A stretch of 64,000 nt of DNA, filler included, from Sanchytrium tribonematis (GCA_018985235.1; 12 parts of 12 records of this genome joined end to end with filler, not necessarily neighbours in it), one strand, 5' to 3'; positions 49,339 through 60,608 are shown, counted from the first letter of the whole stretch. The notes: generated by a model from the sequence alone, not told the origin. Numbers and translations: made by a program.

Positions 49339-50358
49339 AATTCTATTACAAAGCAAACACAGTGGGAGGATCCAAAGTTTGTGCAAGAGATCGATGAGTC
49401 AGAAGCAGAAAGCATGAGTATTGATGAAGTAGTAGAGGAAGAAACACCTAACATAACTCCAAAAGAACAATTTGTAGCATTACTTGAAAGAAACGGAATA
49501 GATGATACCTGGACTTGGGAATCAGCTATTAGGAAAATCTATAATTATGCAGATTTCAAAGCGCTTCAAACTGCAAGTGAAAGGAAAAGGGCATTTTTTG
49601 ATTATATTTCTGAACATCGTGAAGATATGAGGAAGAAGAGGCAAGAGGAATTCGTCTTTCTTTTTGAAAAGCTCAAGCCAAAATTAAAATCTTTAATTCA
49701 AAAAGAGGCTTTATACTCTGATATTAATTTTGTTGAGTTTCAATCTCTGGCAAAAAGTGAAGATGCATTCAGGGAATTCGTTGAAAAAGATCTTTTAGAA
49801 TTGGCTTGGGCAGAATGTCGAAAAATTGTTACTGTGATTGAGTCTGAACATAGAGTGACCTTAAGAGACAAAGCAACCAAATTTCTGGACAAATCGGAAA
49901 TTATCCTCACCTATTCTACTAAATGGACAGAGTTTGAGGAGCAATTGAAAAATTTAAAGACATGGGAAGGTGATCTTCTAAAATTGCACAAGATTGATTT
50001 GTTAGATTATTTTGAAAATCGAATTCGTGATCTTGAAGAAAGAAAGGAATCTGAATTTCAAAAAATTTTAAGAGAATCATCGAAAACAGAATCAACTGCA
50101 AGAAATGAATTTCGCAAAGATCTTCTAGTCATGAGGCACAAAAATATCTTGGTAGAGGACGAGTACGACTTATATGCCATAGACAAAAGAAATTTTTTGT
50201 CTTTTCTTAGAGAATATAAAATCCATATTCCAATTGATCTCAGCTACGAAGAATTTAAGAGAAAAATTAACATTAAGGCATTTGGATTAAGTCCAAAGAC
50301 GAAAAATATCTCAGATATCAACCTACAACTTATTTATGATTCAATTTGTGCAAAATAA
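49339..50358 (+). CDS. PRP40: Prp40, FF-domain part (continues 30030-30346)
   Basis: FVALL..GIDDTWTWE..ERKRAFFDY; identical overlap with the other contig. Confidence 0.85.
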   Translation, partial: NSITKQTQWEDPKFVQEIDESEAESMSIDEVVEEETPNITPKEQFVALLERNGIDDTWTWESAIRKIYNYADFKALQTASERKRAFFDYISEHREDMRKKRQEEFVFLFEKLKPKLKSLIQKEALYSDINFVEFQSLAKSEDAFREFVEKDLLELAWAECRKIVTVIESEHRVTLRDKATKFLDKSEIILTYSTKWTEFEEQLKNLKTWEGDLLKLHKIDLLDYFENRIRDLEERKESEFQKILRESSKTESTARNEFRKDLLVMRHKNILVEDEYDLYAIDKRNFLSFLREYKIHIPIDLSYEEFKRKINIKAFGLSPKTKNISDINLQLIYDSICAK

Positions 50359-50387
50359 ATTTTCTCCCGAAACAAAACTGCGTTTAA

Positions 50388-51412
50388 TGACTACAGTTCA
50401 CGAACCTGAAAATGCTCTTCAAAATCAAAAATTAGCATTTAACACCCAAATAAAAGAAGCTCCATCTTTTAAACGGCTATTCATGGCAATATCATGCCGA
50501 TTACCCAATGAAAATGAATGGGCTTTATTGCATTTAATGGCATGTCAAGAATACCCAAGTGGGTTAGTTCCTCCTTTCATAGGAAGACTTGTGAGTCTTG
50601 GAATCGATCTGCTGAAAGATGTATGCACAAGTAATCCATTGTTTGCACCAAACACAAGTCACATACTTCTTTATTGTATGGTTTGCTTACACAATTTAGC
50701 CGTTTCAAACGGCTCCGCTGTTCTTTCTATACCCGAGATTTTTGATCTTGTCGACGGCGTTTTGGATTTAAATTCTGACTTTAAGGACTCTATGCATGTG
50801 AAAAAGTTGGGCTTTCAAATTGTTCAGAGTATGGCAAATTCTAGGTGGATCCCTACAGGAAAACAAGTTTGGGTTTACAAAAAACTTTGTTTTTATATTG
50901 TTCATGATGACAGATTTTTTATTAAAGAAGCAGCTAGAATGTTGTCAACGATGATCAAAATGAATCCACATAAAGAAAAGCAAATTGTATATGATGAGGT
51001 TCTCAAATACTCTGAGAGACTGGTTCAATTGATTGTTCCACGTGGTTATGATGTTGAACAAACCGAAGACTTTATTGATCACGCTTTGAATGACATTCCA
51101 ATGGTAGAAGATGTCTTGGAATTACTATTTTACACTTGCTTTCATAGCGATGTTTTGGTAGAAACATTATACGAGCACCCGAGAGATGTGGTTTCAATTT
51201 TGATATATTATACAGGTCACCCGACTCACAGCAATCAAGTGCAAGGTGTTTCTATGTACGCAGCATTGATTTTAAATATTATTTTTAAGAGATTCGACGC
51301 ATTTGACCTAGGGGTAATCTACAGAAATATACAGGTACATTCAAATAAGGATTGGTGGATGAAATGGTACAAATCTCTAATATTGGAGAAACCTAGCATT
51401 CCTAGACAGTAA
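50388..51412 (+). CDS. Armadillo-like protein resembling the ARM region of Rsc9/ARID2/Swi1
   Basis: KRLFMAISCRLPNENEWALLHL resembles the conserved 'SGLPNE..WA/FA' motif. Confidence 0.55.
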
Positions 51413-51413
51413 A

Positions 51414-52508
51414 TCATTTTAACACATGGATGCCATTGATAGAACCATTCGAATTGGCACTTGGAGGGTTAGACAAAATAATTGGATTCGTGGGGGGAGT
51501 TAAGCTTGTCCAAGATAATAACTCTCTCTTAACTGTTCTTCGCATCATAGATTTTCTTTTCTGGATATCCAGCCATTCTTTATTCAATTTCAAGATCTGC
51601 TTACCATCTTTATTGACCAGTAAATCAAAATTGTGTAGTGTGAACACAACATCATTGACAGTCATACCCATTTCCATCGCCACATTTTTGATAATAAAAG
51701 GCTTATTAATTTCGATGCACTCGTTAATTTTTTGGGCCACCCTAAATTTCCAATAAGACCTATAACTTATGCACCCACTATGGCTTAAAGGCTTCTCTGG
51801 GGTACCTTGCTTTTTTTCAACTTGATATAGCATGTAACTAAAATCAATTAAATACTGACCATATCCCAAATTTTGGTATATTGGCAAAACGCAGATACAA
51901 GACAAATTATGAACATCCGATGCCATTTCTTTGCTAAAATAGCCAATAAATTTACATCCAAACTTTCCACCGACAGGCGGGTGAGCGCTTTGAGGAGATT
52001 CGAGATGTATAGAAGTATTAGGATCAGGTCCGTCGTATCGAGTGAGAACATAAAATAAAAATGGGTCAACGTCATGGTATAACGCTTTGGTATCAAGAAA
52101 TAATTTTGCAAGAAGGCATAAATTTTGACAATAAAGCTTCGCTTCATGTCCTCTAACTTCAAACACACTTATTTCACCATCCCGGTATATTTCTTTACCG
52201 GGAGGATGTCTAATTTCACAATTTTCTAAATGGTTCAAATAATTTGGCTCACTATTCATAAAATTGAGACAATATTGGCACATAAATAATTTTTTTATAC
52301 TTGCGAATTCTTGTGGAAACGGACTTATATACCATGATTTGATTTGATGTGGTCCGAACTGCACATGTTCTAATTTGTGCTGTTTAGAATGTATAATTTT
52401 CATCTTTTCTTTTTTCAAGGAAAGCATAAATCTATTTTTATCGGCTTCACTGGCATGAGTTTTTGCCGTGGAAGCTTCTTCTTCGTTTAATTTACCAAAA
52501 TCAAACAT
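51414..52508 (-). CDS. MYST-family histone acetyltransferase
   Basis: WYISPFP, CQYCL, HPPGKEIYR, YCQNLCLLAKLFLD, GYFSKE and GTPEKPLS. Confidence 0.93.
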   Translation of the reverse strand: MFDFGKLNEEEASTAKTHASEADKNRFMLSLKKEKMKIIHSKQHKLEHVQFGPHQIKSWYISPFPQEFASIKKLFMCQYCLNFMNSEPNYLNHLENCEIRHPPGKEIYRDGEISVFEVRGHEAKLYCQNLCLLAKLFLDTKALYHDVDPFLFYVLTRYDGPDPNTSIHLESPQSAHPPVGGKFGCKFIGYFSKEMASDVHNLSCICVLPIYQNLGYGQYLIDFSYMLYQVEKKQGTPEKPLSHSGCISYRSYWKFRVAQKINECIEINKPFIIKNVAMEMGMTVNDVVFTLHNFDLLVNKDGKQILKLNKEWLDIQKRKSMMRRTVKRELLSWTSLTPPTNPIILSNPPSANSNGSINGIHVLK

Positions 52509-52561
52509 TATTATTAAATATAATCGTTTCGTAAATTTTGTTTGAAAAATAAAATTTTATC

Positions 52562-52966
52562 TCAAGCTTCAGTTTGATTTATTTCTGGTTTCCAGTCGAT
52601 CTGATTCATCATCATGTCCTTTACACTAGAAAGATGCCAAACAATAGTGCATTCCTCAGAGCAGCTGTAATTAAGCTCTTTAAAGTACCTTTCTATTGCC
52701 GTCAGATTTCCATATTCCTTCATAATTTTAATTTTGTCTTCTACTTTTCGTATTCTGACTGGTTTGTAGAGCTCTTTTACAGGTCCGTTTACTTCTGCGG
52801 CTAATCTCCAGTGATCTTTTCTAAAGTATGGTGGTGGATGATCCATGAATGGACGAAACTTGTAAAATTCACTTTTAGGATCTGAAGTATAATGAAAACA
52901 ATTTGTTTTCGGTAAATTTATCATGACTTTAAGCGATTTTGACATGAAAACAGTAAGAAGGAGCAA
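52562..52966 (-). CDS. Small hypothetical protein (start uncertain)
   Basis: 134-codon ORF with a hydrophobic N-terminus but no ATG at the tracked start. Confidence 0.35.
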   Translation of the reverse strand: MLLLTVFMSKSLKVMINLPKTNCFHYTSDPKSEFYKFRPFMDHPPPYFRKDHWRLAAEVNGPVKELYKPVRIRKVEDKIKIMKEYGNLTAIERYFKELNYSCSEECTIVWHLSSVKDMMMNQIDWKPEINQTEA

Positions 52967-53101
52967 TCAATTGTGTTAGGGTAATTTACTCGGATACAAT
53001 TNNNNNNNNNNNNNNNNNNNNNNNNNNNNNNNNNNNNNNNNNNNNTTAATTAATTAANNNNNNNNNNNNNNNNNNNNNNNNNNNNNNNNNNNNNNNNNNN
53101 N

Positions 53102-53211
53102 TCGCAGAATGTTTAGCTGAAGAATTAACAAATGCTGCCAAAGGATCTTCCAGTTCTTACGCCATCAGAAAGAAGGATGAATTGGAAAGAGTTGCGAAGA
53201 GTAACCGTTAA
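53102..53211 (+). CDS. RPS5: 40S ribosomal protein S5 (uS7) C-terminus
   Basis: Translates to [35 protein letters not shown]; not in the ORF track. Confidence 0.95.
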
Positions 53212-53248
53212 AAAATAAACTATTTCAATTGCCGTTTGTTTGACAATG

Positions 53249-54013
53249 TCATTTATTAGTGTGCCATGCGATTTCATCGGCAGCATCTTGAAACCATTGA
53301 AACGCAAGCAATTCTGTTGTAGTCGGAATCTTCTTGACATCACAATTCATAGTGGCAACGAGTACTTTTTTCAGATGCTTAAATGCATCACCAGCCATTT
53401 TAATTCCAATATCGTCTTGATTTGTCTCAAAACACAATCCAGCAAAAATAAATTCACCATAAATCATTTTAAACAGCATGTTATACATTAATCTGCCATA
53501 ATAAATGATATTATATACTTTTGAGTTCATTTCTTCTATTCCCATTAAATGGAATACATTAGACGCATCTGTTTGTTTGTAAATCATCTTATTTTTGCTA
53601 ATATTTGCAATTCGATTTAATTTATACTTTCCATTACATTTGACAATACTAGCAGTCTCCAATTTAATAAAATATCCATTTACATGTAAATAATGAATGG
53701 CATTTAGAATATGGATTGACATTTCTTGAAATTCATGAAAATGATTTAATTTTGTGACAATCAAACACTTTTCGTAATACACAGCCATGTCATACCAGAG
53801 ATTCCATTGATGTTGTATAGGCTTCTCCATTCCCAATATTTCGATAATATGACGTGGTTTCTCGTCATAAATCATTTTGCAAATTTGTCTTCTTTCTTCA
53901 TCATATTTAAATAATCCCTTGACACATTTCTGTATAGTACCATCACTCATTTCACACCATTCATTTTCATAATGCACTACTTTTGAGATTAATAAAATTA
54001 AAAAGACCAACAT
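53249..54013 (-). CDS. Putative secreted pseudokinase (array member 1)
   Basis: MLVFLILLIS; YYEKC, AIHYLHVNG, IVKC..YKL, MNCD..PT..LL.F.WF. Confidence 0.75.
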   Translation of the reverse strand: MLVFLILLISKVVHYENEWCEMSDGTIQKCVKGLFKYDEERRQICKMIYDEKPRHIIEILGMEKPIQHQWNLWYDMAVYYEKCLIVTKLNHFHEFQEMSIHILNAIHYLHVNGYFIKLETASIVKCNGKYKLNRIANISKNKMIYKQTDASNVFHLMGIEEMNSKVYNIIYYGRLMYNMLFKMIYGEFIFAGLCFETNQDDIGIKMAGDAFKHLKKVLVATMNCDVKKIPTTTELLAFQWFQDAADEIAWHTNK

Positions 54014-54135
54014 GCTCCAAAAATGAAATAATTTGCCATTTATTCCATATTGGCTAAAATATACGCCATTTTGCTAAAAGAATACATCATCATGACACCA
54101 TTTCACATCTTCAAGCCATTTATTGATTTGCCTTG

Positions 54136-54864
54136 TCACTTGAACCATTTGAATTGCATTAATTTGGAGCTAGATGGAATTTGATTCAAATCGCAATTCA
54201 TGGTTGCAATCAGCACATCCACCAAATCATTAAATCTTTCATCATCGTCCATAATATCCAAATCATACATTGTAAACATTCTAAATCTCTTTGTTTTAAA
54301 ACACTTAACCACTGGTTCTGGTGCGGCTCTCTTATTTATCATCAAATGAAGCATCCGATACATCAATCTCCCATATAATATCATATTGTACACACTAGAA
54401 TTGATTTTATCAATCTTGAATCGACGAATATCCTCAGGTGCCTCTATTTCTGTTAATTCCCCAATAAATGCAATCCCACTCAATTTATAAATATCCCCGC
54501 ATTGCACAACATGTTTATACTCCATTCCCATATGATGGTACCCATTAGAATGTAAATAATGGATCCCATTAAGCACATCTCTACTCATTTTACGATATTC
54601 TTTTAATTTTTCAAATTTGGGTAAATATTTGCATTTTTCACTATACACTGCTATTTGTGATGTCCCCATCTCTGCTATCCCATATGATTTAGTAATATGA
54701 AGTGGTGGATTATTTAAAAATAGTCTTAAAAGTGTTATCCATTTTTCATCATTTTCATAAATATGCCTCTCGCAGTTATATTGAATATTATTCATTTTGC
54801 AATATAAACTATGATTTATTTTAGCAATTTGTAAACCAGAATGTAATGTCAAATATAGCAACAT
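54136..54864 (-). CDS. Putative secreted pseudokinase (array member 2)
   Basis: MLLYLTLHS; YSEKC, GIHYLHSNGYHH, CGDIYKL, YGRLMY, MNCD and FKWF. Confidence 0.75.
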   Translation of the reverse strand: MLLYLTLHSGLQIAKINHSLYCKMNNIQYNCERHIYENDEKWITLLRLFLNNPPLHITKSYGIAEMGTSQIAVYSEKCKYLPKFEKLKEYRKMSRDVLNGIHYLHSNGYHHMGMEYKHVVQCGDIYKLSGIAFIGELTEIEAPEDIRRFKIDKINSSVYNMILYGRLMYRMLHLMINKRAAPEPVVKCFKTKRFRMFTMYDLDIMDDDERFNDLVDVLIATMNCDLNQIPSSSKLMQFKWFK

Positions 54865-54991
54865 TGTAGAAATACAGATATATTTGCTTGTTTTAAAACA
54901 GGGCTCCTTTTCAGTCCATGTGATTTGCAATTCGTCATAATGGCATCATTTTACATCACATGATAATTGACTCAAAGATCATGATGATTTA

Positions 54992-55735
54992 TTATTGAAT
55001 CAAACACTTACTGTCTTTCCCTGTAAACCAATCCAATTTCATTATTTCATTTGCATTTTGATTCTTTTCCAATTCGCAATTCATGGCAAATTCAAAGACA
55101 CCCAATAACCTCTTAAATTGTTGTCTAGTTAATACTTTCTTGACTGGTTCATATTCAAAATAGTGTAAATGAGATACATCATAGCATATTTCATTTAATT
55201 CATCAAATTCTTTAAAATACAATAAATGATAAATCATTTTTGACCAACTCACTAAATCCCAATGAGTGGTTGTAATATCATCACTCATCATCCATTGCAC
55301 TGGTACGTTTATCATAGAATATGAAATATCATGAATTGTCAATTGTTTTGATAAATATTGAAAATCAGTTAATTTGTAAATATTGCCACATTTCACAATG
55401 GCATGTAAATGGATATTTAAATGGTATAATCCATGATTGTGAAGATATTGGATGCCTTGAAGACTATTTAATGTGATTTGATGTAATAATTCATGAGATA
55501 GGTGTGATTCTGATGTAAAATATAAATTATAAATGTTTTGACATTGCTCGGTATACCAGATGATATTGGAATGGGTATATTGTGTATTTAATAAACGGAT
55601 TAAGTAATTAGATGGATCAGACTCGTAATATTGATGTAGAGATTGCAATGCGTCATTTGGATATTTGTAAATCGATTTCGTGTATTCTGTGGATGGATTG
55701 ACGAGTGAGAATGTAATGCAAAAGAGATAAAACAT
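54992..55735 (-). CDS. Putative secreted pseudokinase (array member 3)
   Basis: MFYLFCITFS; YTEQC, GIQYLHNHGLYHLNI, CGNIYKLTDF, MNCE and LDWF. Confidence 0.78.
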   Translation of the reverse strand: MFYLFCITFSLVNPSTEYTKSIYKYPNDALQSLHQYYESDPSNYLIRLLNTQYTHSNIIWYTEQCQNIYNLYFTSESHLSHELLHQITLNSLQGIQYLHNHGLYHLNIHLHAIVKCGNIYKLTDFQYLSKQLTIHDISYSMINVPVQWMMSDDITTTHWDLVSWSKMIYHLLYFKEFDELNEICYDVSHLHYFEYEPVKKVLTRQQFKRLLGVFEFAMNCELEKNQNANEIMKLDWFTGKDSKCLIQ

Positions 55736-55801
55736 GTGAGATGTTTTATTTGTGATATGGCATCAAAAATGACATCAAATGATTTCCCCGTTTAAATAAT
55801 T

Positions 55802-56122
55802 TTATTTAAATCCCAATAAAACAGCACCCAATACGGTTAATGAGATGGTAGAAGATGAAGAAGCATACGATTGTGTTTCAGACGAATCTGTAGATTGTGT
55901 TTCTTGAGCAGATGAAGAATTGTCAGGAGCAGTTGCATTTTTACTTTCATCACCAGGATTAGAATGTGTTGCATGTGCAGGATTCTTTGGTGGTTTTTGT
56001 TGGACTTGATCATGCGTATGATTTTGAGTTGAGTTGGATGGATTCTTTTGAGTCAACATGTGAAGTGCGGTCAGAAGAACTGGATTTGTTTGTGCGGTAA
56101 TCAAAGAAACTGCAATCAACAT
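55802..56122 (-). CDS. Small S/T/Q-rich secreted, possibly GPI-anchored protein
   Basis: N-terminus MLIAVSLITA, polar core, Ser run and hydrophobic C-terminus ISLTVLGAVLLGF. Confidence 0.65.
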   Translation of the reverse strand: MLIAVSLITAQTNPVLLTALHMLTQKNPSNSTQNHTHDQVQQKPPKNPAHATHSNPGDESKNATAPDNSSSAQETQSTDSSETQSYASSSSTISLTVLGAVLLGFK

Positions 56123-56314
56123 TTAAATTGTGGATCCCTCATTCCCTTTAAATACATTTGTGAATCTGTTATTGGTACAAGCTTATTGGCAATTGATTGT
56201 AACCTGGACGCACAAATTCAATCGGGCGTGGCAAGCATTTGTGAAATACTTGGATAAACAATCTAAGTTGCATTATTTATTGTTCTTTTGCTTAAGTTGA
56301 TACAATCAATCGCT

Positions 56315-56756
56315 TCATTGACTTGCTTTTGAGGTAAACCATGGATCATTTAATATACCCTCCGCAGTAGGATATACTCCAATGTAGTTTGGAATTGTCT
56401 TTTTCTACAATAATTTTAACAATTCAAATTCTTCACTAGTCAAAATCTGTGAAACTCTTTCATTATACTGGAATATTTTAGAAAAACGCAAATCATACTC
56501 ATCGTAATGCAATTTATACAGGGCACAGTTATATTTTTCTCCGTATAAAACATGATACAGCATTTTAGCATACGCAACAATATCCAAATAATAGGTTTCA
56601 TACCTGCGATTTCTATCGCTATCATAAGGAAAATAGAGAATTTGGATAGTTTCAATGTTTTTAACACCAGAATATTCTAAAATACCTTCTCGAGGTTCGG
56701 TCAATTTGAATTGATCACCGCATCGCATCACATTTTCAGCTCTTACATTTCCATGC
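56315..56756 (-). pseudogene. Pseudokinase array member 4 (5' truncated) with an in-frame TAG at 56405-56407
   Basis: HGNVRAENVMRCGDQFKLTE and DIVAYAKMLY; the same frame continues YPTAEGILNDPWF after the TAG. Confidence 0.7.
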
Positions 56757-56856
56757 NNNNNNNNNNNNNNNNNNNNNNNNNNNNNNNNNNNNNNNNNNNN
56801 TTAATTAATTAANNNNNNNNNNNNNNNNNNNNNNNNNNNNNNNNNNNNNNNNNNNN

Positions 56857-59696
56857 ACGATGTGATCTGCCAAGCCTTTTGAGACTCCGTTACAAACTGT
56901 ACCTATATTCTTTTGACTAGTCAACTTTACAGAGATTTTCGCAAGCGGATTAGACGATTTTAAATCGTATATTAGTTGCTGCAGATCTTCGATGGAATAG
57001 ATATCATGATTAGGAGGAGGGGAAATTAGCCCTACATTTTTGGTACTTTTCCTGGTTCGTGCTATATGTTCATCTACTTTACTTCCGGGCAGTTCTCCTC
57101 CTTGCCCGGGCTTGGCTCCTTGCGCTATTTTAATTTGAAGCATGTCGGCTGTACTTAGGTAAAAGCTGTCTACACCGAAACGGCCGCTTGCTATCTGTTT
57201 GATTTTGCTCCGCAGTAAATTGTCTGAAGACCTTTCCTCGTTTTCGCCTCCCTCTCCAGAATTACTTTTGGCATCAAGAGTGTTCATAGCCTTTGCAAGC
57301 GTCGTATGTGCCTCAATCGAAATAGACCCAAACGACATAGCACCAGTATTGAATTTTTTCACAATTTCAGTCCAAGGCTCGACCTTTTCAATCGGAATAG
57401 GGGATCTCTTGATATCCAAAAGCCCTCTGATCGTATTTCTACCGATAATAGTATTTGTCTTCTCGGTATATTTTTTGTATGTTTTAAAATCTTTTAATTG
57501 AACGGACTTTTGAAGAAATGCAACGCTGGATGGATCGTTTATATGTTCCTCTCCATTATATCTATAGTGATAAAAACTGCCTTCGGGTATACCTTTAGAA
57601 TCAACTTGAGCTAATTCATAAAATCTTGAATAATCTTCTTCTATTGATTTTAAATCTATTCCTTCAATTCTGTTTGTAGTATTATTAAAATAATTAATAA
57701 CATTATCACTGAGACCAATGGACTCCATCATTTGCGAACCTTTATAACTTTTAAGTGTAGAAATACCCATTTTTGCAAATATTTTTAAAAGGCCGTTTTC
57801 TAAAGCCTTGACATATTTGAAATTCCCTAAAATTTCCAATGAGTACCACGGACAAATTAAATCGGCACCATAAGTTAGAAGACAGGCCATGTGATGTACT
57901 TGACGGCATTCCGCGCTAGTAACAATTATCACAGTATTTCTTCGAAGTCCATTTTTGTTTAAGCAATCGTCAATTGCCGACGTTAATAATAGTATAGGAA
58001 TAGGTACATGATCTTTTGTTATTTGTTCATCTGTAATATTTATAAAAGTGAAGCCATTCACCTCGTTCAACAACCTCTGACAAATTGACTCAACTAGTTT
58101 TTCTAAATTATAATCTGATTTAGCGGAAAATGAGTCAATAGTAATTATATTATGCAACTGAATACCAACAAAAGCATCTAAAATTTGAGTCAGTTGTGGT
58201 TTTGTAACAATAGGACTGGGTATATTTAAAAATCTATTATTTTCGCCAGAATTGATATTAGTCAGATCACCCAACGGACAAGACAAGCTAGTTAAAACTG
58301 CCTCTCTAATAGGATCGATGGCAGGGTTGCTTACTTGTGCAAAAAGCTGGTGAAAATAATCAAATAGTAATTTTGGCTGATTTGAAAGGCACGCAATTGA
58401 AGTATCTGTACCCATACTACCCAATGCTTCTGATCCAGACAACATTGGTTTTAATATCATGTTAATCTCTTCAGTTGTGTAACCAAATAGCTTTATAATT
58501 GGGTCTGTAGAATAATCCTTATTTCTTGGAGATGCAATCGTCGGTGTAATCTCTAAGTTTGACAATTCCGACCATTCATCAAATGGGTATCGCATTTGAA
58601 CTTTGTCTACAATATCGTTATATTGCAAAATTTCACCACTTTGAACGTCAATTGTTATCATCTCCCCTGGTGCAATGCGTTGATGGTATTTAAATGCTAA
58701 ATTTTTCAAATCCATAAATTCGCTTCCCAAAACAATCGTACCATCTGTTGCAATCATGTATCTTGAAGGCCGCAGGCCATTCTTATCTACTGAAGCACAA
58801 ATTGTTTTTCCGTTGCTACTAAGAAGAGAAGCCGGACCTTCCCAACCCTCCATAACTGTAGAAAAATACTCATACATCAATCGGGTCTCCGAATCTTTCG
58901 GTAAATTTTCAAATGCCTTTGGTACCATCATCAACATAATTTCTTCTAGTGTCCATTTTGTCATATTTTGATAATAATCCAATACAAGATCCATAGCAGC
59001 GCTGTCTGAACACTCCTCAAAAGGAAGGTAGGGTACATTTTCTTTTTCTTTTTTTAATAAATTCATTTTTAACTTCATATTTCTGATGTTACCATTAAGG
59101 GTATTAATTTCGCCATTATGTGCCAGATTTCTTAATGGCTGACATAGTCTCCAGTCAGGATTTGTATTTGTGGAAAATCTCGCGTGTGCAATTGCAAATC
59201 GGGAACGCAAATCACTAAAATCCTTATAAAAATTAAACAGGTTTGTGGGAGAGCAGAGGGCCTTATATACGATAGTTTTATCGTGAAATGAGCAAATATA
59301 CGAATCCCTAAACTGGTCCTCAATTTCATTCCTTAATATATAAGGGCTAAAAACGCTTTCCTTGCTCACAATAAACTGAAAAATCTGAGGAGCGCCCTTG
59401 ATGACACCTTTATTGGTGGGAACTTCGCGGACAATTACGTCATACCCTTTTCCCAGCAAGTATTTTTCAATTTGAAGTGTTGTTGAGCTGTTTTCCAAAA
59501 AAGTATGAGCAACTGCCTTGTATTTTTTAGTTTCTGGATATAGATGCCATGGGATCTCAACTAGAACGCCACTACCGTCAGCACTGGCCCCTCTATGGCT
59601 AAGTTGGAGCAACATTTGCTGGCATGTTTCCATCTTGATACCGTTTTTATTGTAAATAGCTCCAATTCCGCACATTCTTTTAATTGAGCAAAACAT
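56857..59696 (-). CDS. GLT1: Glutamate synthase, N-terminal part (3' truncated)
   Basis: MCGIG, HARFSTNT, AHNGEINT, NGLRP, GAMSFGSIS, QIASGRFGV and QGAKPGQGGELPG. Confidence 0.95.
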
Positions 59697-59944
59697 ACTT
59701 TTAGAGATTAAAAGCTTATTATTGAAACAAATGAAATCATAGGAAAATCATGTGCTTCTCAAGATTGGTTTTGATAAGTTATCTGAGATTTCCTCCTAGT
59801 CAGATGATTTTCATTTTCAGGACATCGTAAATTGATTCGATTTGCGGAACAAGATCTTGAGGTGATCTAGGACATGCCATCTACATTTTTTTCTGATTCT
59901 TTACCTCGAAAAAAAGGCATAATGTTTTTAAAAGGCCAACAGAA

Positions 59945-60508
59945 ATGCTTGGTTCTCAGATTCACTCATATTTGTCCTTAGTCAGACTAAGTAGTTCTGA
60001 ACAATCAGACGATATATGCCTAGATTTAATGAATGCAGTGGAGCAGACTGAATCTTCAAGTGAAGAAATTAGGCTTTTACCAGAAATAGTACGCAGTAAG
60101 TTTGCAAGCCCGCTTGAATGCGCCTTTATGTTAATGAATGAGGCCACCACAATCAACAAGACCTCGTTCTTGTGTTATGGAAAAATTGATGAAATGCTAA
60201 AGAAGCCTTTGGCATACTATCAAATGAGCCAAACATTATTGTCAAACAATGAAATGAAAAACTTTTCTGGCAGGTTCATTGATGGTTATTTCGTTTTAAT
60301 TGATGGCGTAGGCTATATACCTCATTTATTACTAAAATTTGAACTACTAAAAGGGGTTTCCTTTGTTCAATTTTGCGTAACACCTCTTAATACATTAGAA
60401 TTAAATTTGAGTATTGATCAATGGAAAGATATGAATTTTAGGGTCTCTGAAGCTCCGGATTTTGTTTTGACGAACCATAAAAGTGAGCCTTTGTTGTCGT
60501 TTAAAAAC
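59945..60508 (+). CDS. Hypothetical protein (3' truncated)
   Basis: Open frame to the contig end, divergent from GLT1. Confidence 0.45.
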
Positions 60509-60608
60509 NNNNNNNNNNNNNNNNNNNNNNNNNNNNNNNNNNNNNNNNNNNNTTAATTAATTAANNNNNNNNNNNNNNNNNNNNNNNNNNNNNNNNNNNN
60601 NNNNNNNN

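Noticed and set aside
22759..60608. Regularly spaced TTAATTAATTAA palindromes about every 3.8 kb
   Set aside because: Artificial linkers between size-sorted contigs; gene neighbourhoods across them and ORF ends containing X are not biological
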